From Bacteroidales bacterium (lineage in GTDB: Bacteria; Bacteroidota; Bacteroidia; Bacteroidales; JAQUTK01): 64,000 bases of DNA. Location: positions 29,467 to 93,466 of the forward strand of contig JAQUTK010000010.1 of assembly GCA_028709785.1 (NCBI GenBank), given 5' to 3'. Positions 58,857 through 64,000 of this stretch are shown in pieces. The position numbers and the translations under genes are program-made. Numbering within the stretch: position 1 is the stretch's first letter; every line of letters starts with the position of its first letter. The notes beneath the pieces are model-generated. The model did no database searches, was not told the DNA's origin, and saw only the letters and a list, made by a program, of their open reading frames with translations.

Positions 58857-61025
58857 ATGAAGAAACTTCTTTTTTCACTGTTTCTTGGATGTGCTGCACT
58901 CTCTGTGCAGGCACAAGGTTCGTATACGTATCCTTTTCAAAATCCGAATCTGAGTGATGATGAGCGTATAGATAATCTGATCTCCCTGATGAATTTTGAG
59001 GAGAAAATTGGAATGTATGGCGGTGGAGGAGTGCCTCGACTCGGCGTGCGTAGTCCCGGTAGTTCCGAGGCAATCCATGGAGTGGTGCAAGGTGGTCCCG
59101 CCTGGAATGAACAAAGATCTCCCAAACAGCCAACCACTATATTTCCGCAAGGCTATGGATTGGGTGAGACCTGGGATCCGGCTTTGCTTCGACAGGTGGC
59201 CGATCAGGTGGCCACTGAGGCACGTTATCTGTATCAGAGTCCGAAGTATCGCAGAAGTGGTCTGGTGTTATGGTCGCCCAATGCCGATCTGGGACGTGAT
59301 ATCCGTTGGGGACGTACAGAAGAGTGTTATGGTGAGGATCCATACCTCGTAGGTGAAATGACCACCGCGTTTGTAAAGGGTTTGCAGGGGAATCATCCGA
59401 AGTATTGGAAAACAGCTTCCCTGATGAAGCATTTTCTGGCAAACAGCAATGAATATGGTCGTACAGAGACCTCTTCTGATTTTGATGATGTGCTTTTTCG
59501 TGAATATTATTCCTATGGTTTTTGGAGAGGGATAAAGAAAGGGGGAGCCAATGCATTGATGACTGCTTATAATGAATATAACGGTATTCCTTGCACCATT
59601 CATCCAATCCTGCGTACGATACTGATGAAGGAGTGGGGATTTAATGGGATGATAACGACAGATGGAGGTGCTTTTCAGCAACTGAAAACGTCACATAAGG
59701 TATTTTCTGATCTGGAATATGCCGCTCAGGCTTGTGTGAAGGCCGGCACTTCCCGCTTTTTAGATAGCTATATGGAGGCACTGGAGGGAGCCTTTAACAA
59801 GGGACTTATTTCCTACGCCGAACTGGAAGGTAATATCAAAGGGAACATCCGGATCATGATTAAACTGGGTTTGCTGGACAGTACCGCCGGCAATCCCTAT
59901 AGCAAGATTGGAATCAGTGATACCATAGATCCATGGACGAAGCAGGAGACAAAGGATTTTGCACGTCTGGTCGCCAATAAATCAGCGGTACTGCTGAAGA
60001 ATGAGAAAGGAATGCTACCATTAAACAAACAGAAGATTACGAAGATTGCTGTGATAGGCAATCGCGCCGATGATGTGATTGAGGATTGGTATAGTGGCAC
60101 ACTGCCATATAAGATAACACCCTTGCAGGGGATTCGTGAGGTTGCTGAAGCAAACAAGATAGAGGTGCGGTATGTAAAAGATGACAGACGCGGCGAGGCT
60201 CAAAAGACAGCTTCTTGGGCTGACGTGGTCATCGTATGCGTGGGTAATCATCCGACATGCAGTCCGGAGTGGGCAAAGTCTCCCTGGGGGCAAGGTGTGA
60301 TTGCCGGCGAGGGACGAGAGGACGTGGATCGTGGCTCGATTCAGTTGGAGCAGGAGGACTTAATCAAATTGGTGTACAAAGCCAATCCACGTACTGTGGT
60401 GGTACTTATCAGTAGTTTTCCGTATGCGATCAACTGGACACAGCAACATGTGCCGGCAATCTTGCATCTGACTCAGGGTTGTCAGGAGTTGGGTCATGCG
60501 GTCGCCGATCTCTTATTTGGTGCCTATAATCCGGCGGGACGGACGACGCAGACCTGGGTAAGTAGCATCGACGAACTGCCTCCGATGCTTGACTATAACA
60601 TTCGCAACGGTCGTACGTATATGTATTTCAAAGGCAAACCATTGTATCCCTTTGGTTACGGGTTAAGCTATACTTCCTTTGCGTATTCCGATCTGAGAAT
60701 TGATAAGAACACCCTCACTTCGGGTGAAACGCTGAAAGTATCTGTGAATATAGAGAATACCGGTTCGTGCGATGGCGAGGAGGTGGTGCAGCTCTATGTA
60801 AAACCGGCCAATGATAAAGCGTCCAAGCAATTGAAGGGTTTTATGCGTGTGCCGCTGAAGAAAGGGGAGAAGAAGAGAGTGATAATCCCGTTGCCTGCTG
60901 AAGATCTGTGTGTGTGGAATATCGATCAGTCTGCGTGGCAGTTGCCGGCGGGTAGCATGAAACTGATGATTGGCTCTTCATCCGAGTCCATCAAACTGGA
61001 TACGAAAGTTGAACTGAAACAATAA
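58857..61025 (+). CDS. glycoside hydrolase family 3 (beta-glucosidase/xylosidase type) with a C-terminal Fn3-like domain
   Basis: KHFLANSNE, GFNGMITTDGGAF (nucleophile Asp region), GREDVDRGSIQLEQEDLI, GLSYTSFAYSDL and EVVQLYV are hallmarks. Confidence 0.85.
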   Translation: MKKLLFSLFLGCAALSVQAQGSYTYPFQNPNLSDDERIDNLISLMNFEEKIGMYGGGGVPRLGVRSPGSSEAIHGVVQGGPAWNEQRSPKQPTTIFPQGYGLGETWDPALLRQVADQVATEARYLYQSPKYRRSGLVLWSPNADLGRDIRWGRTEECYGEDPYLVGEMTTAFVKGLQGNHPKYWKTASLMKHFLANSNEYGRTETSSDFDDVLFREYYSYGFWRGIKKGGANALMTAYNEYNGIPCTIHPILRTILMKEWGFNGMITTDGGAFQQLKTSHKVFSDLEYAAQACVKAGTSRFLDSYMEALEGAFNKGLISYAELEGNIKGNIRIMIKLGLLDSTAGNPYSKIGISDTIDPWTKQETKDFARLVANKSAVLLKNEKGMLPLNKQKITKIAVIGNRADDVIEDWYSGTLPYKITPLQGIREVAEANKIEVRYVKDDRRGEAQKTASWADVVIVCVGNHPTCSPEWAKSPWGQGVIAGEGREDVDRGSIQLEQEDLIKLVYKANPRTVVVLISSFPYAINWTQQHVPAILHLTQGCQELGHAVADLLFGAYNPAGRTTQTWVSSIDELPPMLDYNIRNGRTYMYFKGKPLYPFGYGLSYTSFAYSDLRIDKNTLTSGETLKVSVNIENTGSCDGEEVVQLYVKPANDKASKQLKGFMRVPLKKGEKKRVIIPLPAEDLCVWNIDQSAWQLPAGSMKLMIGSSSESIKLDTKVELKQ

Positions 61026-61035
61026 CAGAACGACG

Positions 61036-61242
61036 ATGAAAAAGTGGTTAAGAAAGAATGTCTACTATTTTTTAGGAGCAAGTTGCGGGGGAGCTGTCGG
61101 CTACCTCTACTATTATTTTATCGGCTACAAGAGTGATTCTTCTCTCTTCTTAACTTCTTCAGGAATGAGTATAGTCTGGGGTGTTGCACTCGGATTACTC
61201 ATTGTAAATCTATTTCGAAAGCAAGATAATTATCCAAAGTAA
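61036..61242 (+). CDS. small two-TM membrane protein
   Basis: 68 aa with two hydrophobic segments (YYFLGASCGGAVGYLYYYFIG; MSIVWGVALGLLIVNLF). Tightly packed between the GH3 and esterase genes. Confidence 0.5.
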   Translation: MKKWLRKNVYYFLGASCGGAVGYLYYYFIGYKSDSSLFLTSSGMSIVWGVALGLLIVNLFRKQDNYPK

Positions 61243-61258
61243 TAATTTAAATAAAAGT

Positions 61259-62557
61259 ATGAAAAAATATGGTTACCATTTAGTTACGTTTCTGATCTGT
61301 TTTTATTATTGTTCCATCTGTTTGGGACAAAACATTGTTCTTCGTCAATCCAATGAATCGGGTGTTTACAAGACGGGAGAGAAAGCACGCGTCACTTTGT
61401 TTGCATCTGATGCGGTAAAAGATTCGCTTTCAGTCAAGATAATCAAGAACTATAACAACAGTCAGACGACCTTGCAAAAGATCAAATTTCAGGGTGACAC
61501 GCTGGTTGTGTTTGATGAAGTGTTGAAAGGTCCGACGACCGTTATCTTTGATGTGCGTTCCCGAAATGACTATGCCAGCATCGGACTGATTGTTGATCCG
61601 GAGAAATATACTCCCGGTACCACTTATCCCAAGGATCTGAAGAGTTATTGGAAAGCCCAAAGAAAAGAGTTGCGTGCTCTTCCAATGCAGGTGAAATCGA
61701 CTACGGTCTCAATCGATGAGAAGGATTATCAGTGTTTTGATGTTGAAATCAATTGTACCGGTCCCAAACCGGTGCGTGGCTATTTAGCCAAACCCATATC
61801 TGCTAAACCCAAGTCGCTTCCAATCGTGCTAAATCTGCATGCGGCAGGTGTAAAAGGCAGCTGGTGCCGCTGCGAGCCATGGAGTATTATGCCGTATGCC
61901 AAGATGGGCAATGGAACGCTCTGTTTTGATCTGAATGCGCACGGTATGCTCAATGGACAGCCGGAAGAGTATTATGCCGGTTTAGAAGTGGGCGAGTTGA
62001 AAGATTACTACCAGATAGGACTGGAAAGCAAAGAAGATATCTATTACCGGGGAATGTACCTGCGTATCATGCGGACACTTGATTATCTTTGCAGTCTGCC
62101 GGAGTGGGATGGTAAACGCATTGTGGTGGTAGGAGAGAGTCAGGGTGGCGGACAGGCACTGGCGGCTGCCGGACTGGATGAGAGAGTGACTGTTGCCGTA
62201 GCTACCGTTCCGGCCATGTGCGACTGGGGTGGCTCTCTGGTAGGACGTCGGGGTGGTTGGTCCCAGCTATTTGAGCTGCCTTATGACAAAGCGAAAATGC
62301 TCGCTACATTGCCCTATTTTGATACAGCCCATTTGCTGAAAGGTTGTAAGGCGACTATTGTTGCTGAGGTCGGACTGATTGACTTCACCTGTCCATCCTC
62401 ATCCATCTATGCAGCCGTCAATCAGTCAAAAGGAAAGAAGATCTTCTATCCGGTTCCTTATCGTGCACATCATGTGGAGCAGCCTTCTTATCAGAAGATA
62501 TGGGAAGAAACGGTCTATGCCCCGAAAATAGGGTTTATGAATGACTATTTGAAATGA
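61259..62557 (+). CDS. acetylxylan esterase / cephalosporin-C deacetylase-like (AXE1) serine esterase
   Basis: GxSxG nucleophile elbow VVGESQGGGQALAAA. YFDTAHL and the C-terminal RAHH region fit the AXE1 family. An extra N-terminal beta domain is present. Confidence 0.7.
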   Translation: MKKYGYHLVTFLICFYYCSICLGQNIVLRQSNESGVYKTGEKARVTLFASDAVKDSLSVKIIKNYNNSQTTLQKIKFQGDTLVVFDEVLKGPTTVIFDVRSRNDYASIGLIVDPEKYTPGTTYPKDLKSYWKAQRKELRALPMQVKSTTVSIDEKDYQCFDVEINCTGPKPVRGYLAKPISAKPKSLPIVLNLHAAGVKGSWCRCEPWSIMPYAKMGNGTLCFDLNAHGMLNGQPEEYYAGLEVGELKDYYQIGLESKEDIYYRGMYLRIMRTLDYLCSLPEWDGKRIVVVGESQGGGQALAAAGLDERVTVAVATVPAMCDWGGSLVGRRGGWSQLFELPYDKAKMLATLPYFDTAHLLKGCKATIVAEVGLIDFTCPSSSIYAAVNQSKGKKIFYPVPYRAHHVEQPSYQKIWEETVYAPKIGFMNDYLK

Positions 62558-62573
62558 AAGTGATCAAAGCATT

Positions 62574-62627
62574 GGCTCTATATAATAAATGGTTGCAGAA
62601 AACTGCAACCATTTATTATATAGAGCC
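62574..62627. terminator. 25-bp perfect hairpin between convergent genes
   Basis: GGCTCTATATAATAAATGGTTGCAG (62574-62598), AAAA loop, CTGCAACCATTTATTATATAGAGCC (62603-62627). Confidence 0.55.
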
Positions 62628-62651
62628 GATAGATATTTATTGGTAGTTCGG

Positions 62652-63746
62652 TCAGTCACATTTCAGACCAAAAGCTTCTGCCACGGCAGGAAATACGATT
62701 TTACCATTCACGATATTCAATCCGCATTTTAATCCCGGATCATCTGCACATGCTTTCTCCCAGCCATTGTTTGCCAACTGAATGGCATACGGCAATGTGG
62801 CATTGGTCAGTGCTAATGTGGACGTATAGGCAACTGCGCCGGGGATGTTAGCAACACAATAATGAACGATACCATCCACAATGAATACCGGATCGGTATG
62901 CGTGGTAGGGTGAGATGTCTCAAAACATCCTCCCTGATCAATGGCTACATCCACCAGAACGCTTCCTTTCTTGAGGAGCTTGATCATCTCTTTTGTAATC
63001 AGATGCGGTGCTTTGGCACCGGGAATCAACACTGAACCTATAACCAGATCGGTATCAGGCAACTCTTTTTCTATGTTGTAGGAGGAAGAGTAGAGCGTTT
63101 TCACGTTGGGAGGCAGTACCTCGCTCAAATAACGCAAACGGGGAAGCGAGATATCTGTCAGTACTACATCGGCTCCCATACCGGCGGCTGTCAGCGCGGC
63201 ATTGTAACCTACGACGCCACCACCAAGTACCAGAACTTTAGCCGGTTTGACTCCCGGCACACCTCCGATGAGAATACCTTTTCCTCCTTGAGGCTTTTCC
63301 AGAAATCGGGCACCTTCATGGATCGCCATTCTTCCGGCCACTTCTGACATAGGAATGAGTAAAGGTAACTCACCCCGTTTGTCTCGTACGGTTTCATAGG
63401 CAAGGCAAATCGCTTTGCTCTTAATCATAGCATGCAAGAGAGTTTCATCGCTTGCAAAATGAAAATAAGTAAATACCAACTGATTTTCCCGAATCAGGTC
63501 GTATTCAGGTTCAACCGGTTCTTTCACTTTGACGATCATTTCGGCAATCCGGTAAATATCCTCAATGGTGGGTAGTATTTTTGCACCCATTGCGACATAT
63601 TCATCATCGGAAAATCCACTATTCTCACCTGCCATATGTTGAACAAATACAGTATGACCGTGTTTTACTAATTCTTTAGTGCCGGCAGGGGTCATTCCTA
63701 CGCGGTTTTCGTTGTTCTTAATTTCTTTTGGTACTCCGATAATCAT
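62652..63746 (-). CDS. ald: alanine dehydrogenase
   Basis: MIIGVPKEIKNNENRVGMTPAG N-terminus, NAD-binding VLVLGGGVVGYNAA, VDVAIDQGGCFETS. Confidence 0.9.
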   Translation of the reverse strand: MIIGVPKEIKNNENRVGMTPAGTKELVKHGHTVFVQHMAGENSGFSDDEYVAMGAKILPTIEDIYRIAEMIVKVKEPVEPEYDLIRENQLVFTYFHFASDETLLHAMIKSKAICLAYETVRDKRGELPLLIPMSEVAGRMAIHEGARFLEKPQGGKGILIGGVPGVKPAKVLVLGGGVVGYNAALTAAGMGADVVLTDISLPRLRYLSEVLPPNVKTLYSSSYNIEKELPDTDLVIGSVLIPGAKAPHLITKEMIKLLKKGSVLVDVAIDQGGCFETSHPTTHTDPVFIVDGIVHYCVANIPGAVAYTSTLALTNATLPYAIQLANNGWEKACADDPGLKCGLNIVNGKIVFPAVAEAFGLKCD

Positions 63747-63861
63747 AACAATAAGATTTAATGTGTAACTTGAGAAAACGGAATGGAAAGGGTACTCTGA
63801 AACGGAATCAAAAGTAACTATTTTATACGTTCAATGATGCTGGCTTTGGTACTTTCTTCAT

Positions 63862-63900
63862 AAAAATTACGCGCAACTTTTAGATGAATAGTTGCGCGTA
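63862..63900 (-). terminator. intrinsic terminator of the partial downstream minus-strand gene
   Basis: TACGCGCAACT (63868-63878) and AGTTGCGCGTA (63890-63900) form an 11-bp stem, followed on the minus strand by a T5 run (63862-63866). Confidence 0.55.
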
Positions 63901-63918
63901 TAAAATCCTATCGGATTA

Positions 63919-64000
63919 TTATTTTTTAGGGTCAAAAGGCTGCGGAAACCAAACTCTGAACCAGGAACGTGCATCTATCGTATTCCCCGCTGATGCAAAG
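63919..64000 (-). CDS. 3' end of an unidentified gene entering from beyond the window
   Basis: The minus-strand frame reads ...FASAGNTIDARSWFRVWFPQPFDPKK-stop (stop at 63919-63921), with a terminator just downstream. Too short to name. Confidence 0.3.
   Translation of the reverse strand, partial: FASAGNTIDARSWFRVWFPQPFDPKK

Overview
The window looks like a Bacteroidales-type chromosome segment. This is an inference from TAnnTTTG-type promoter boxes, a T9SS-like C-terminal domain, a SusB-like GH97, Ser-type sulfatases and lipoprotein signal peptides. Most of it is ordinary carbohydrate and sulfated-glycan catabolism. Those genes are a GH78/GH43 rhamnosidase, an unclassified hydrolase, aldA-lutABC, a GH33 sialidase, four sulfatases, GH97, GH3, an AXE1-type esterase and an alginate-lyase-like protein. 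There is also an AmmeMemoRadiSam pair, an MBOAT plus two SGNH O-acylation cluster, two orphan PAS histidine kinases, GntP plus glycerate kinase, and ald. Between about 12.5 and 25.5 kb lies a visibly AT-rich accessory block. It holds a 930-bp gene-free region with low-complexity and 22-bp tandem repeats, and decayed DinD, HsdS and tyrosine-recombinase fragments. It also holds an intact type I Thoeris locus (TIR gene, thsA, thsB). Next come three short gene groups, each bounded by a GC-rich imperfect palindrome of about 130 bp that behaves like an integron attC site. The block ends with a 234-bp MITE with a 9-bp target duplication, a truncated IS66 end and an AbiEi/AbiEii pair. The attC-like cassette array, with its uncharacterised cargo next to Thoeris, is the best candidate here for something undescribed. 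I saw no rRNA, tRNA or CRISPR array. All family assignments come from reading motifs by eye. No database search was run.
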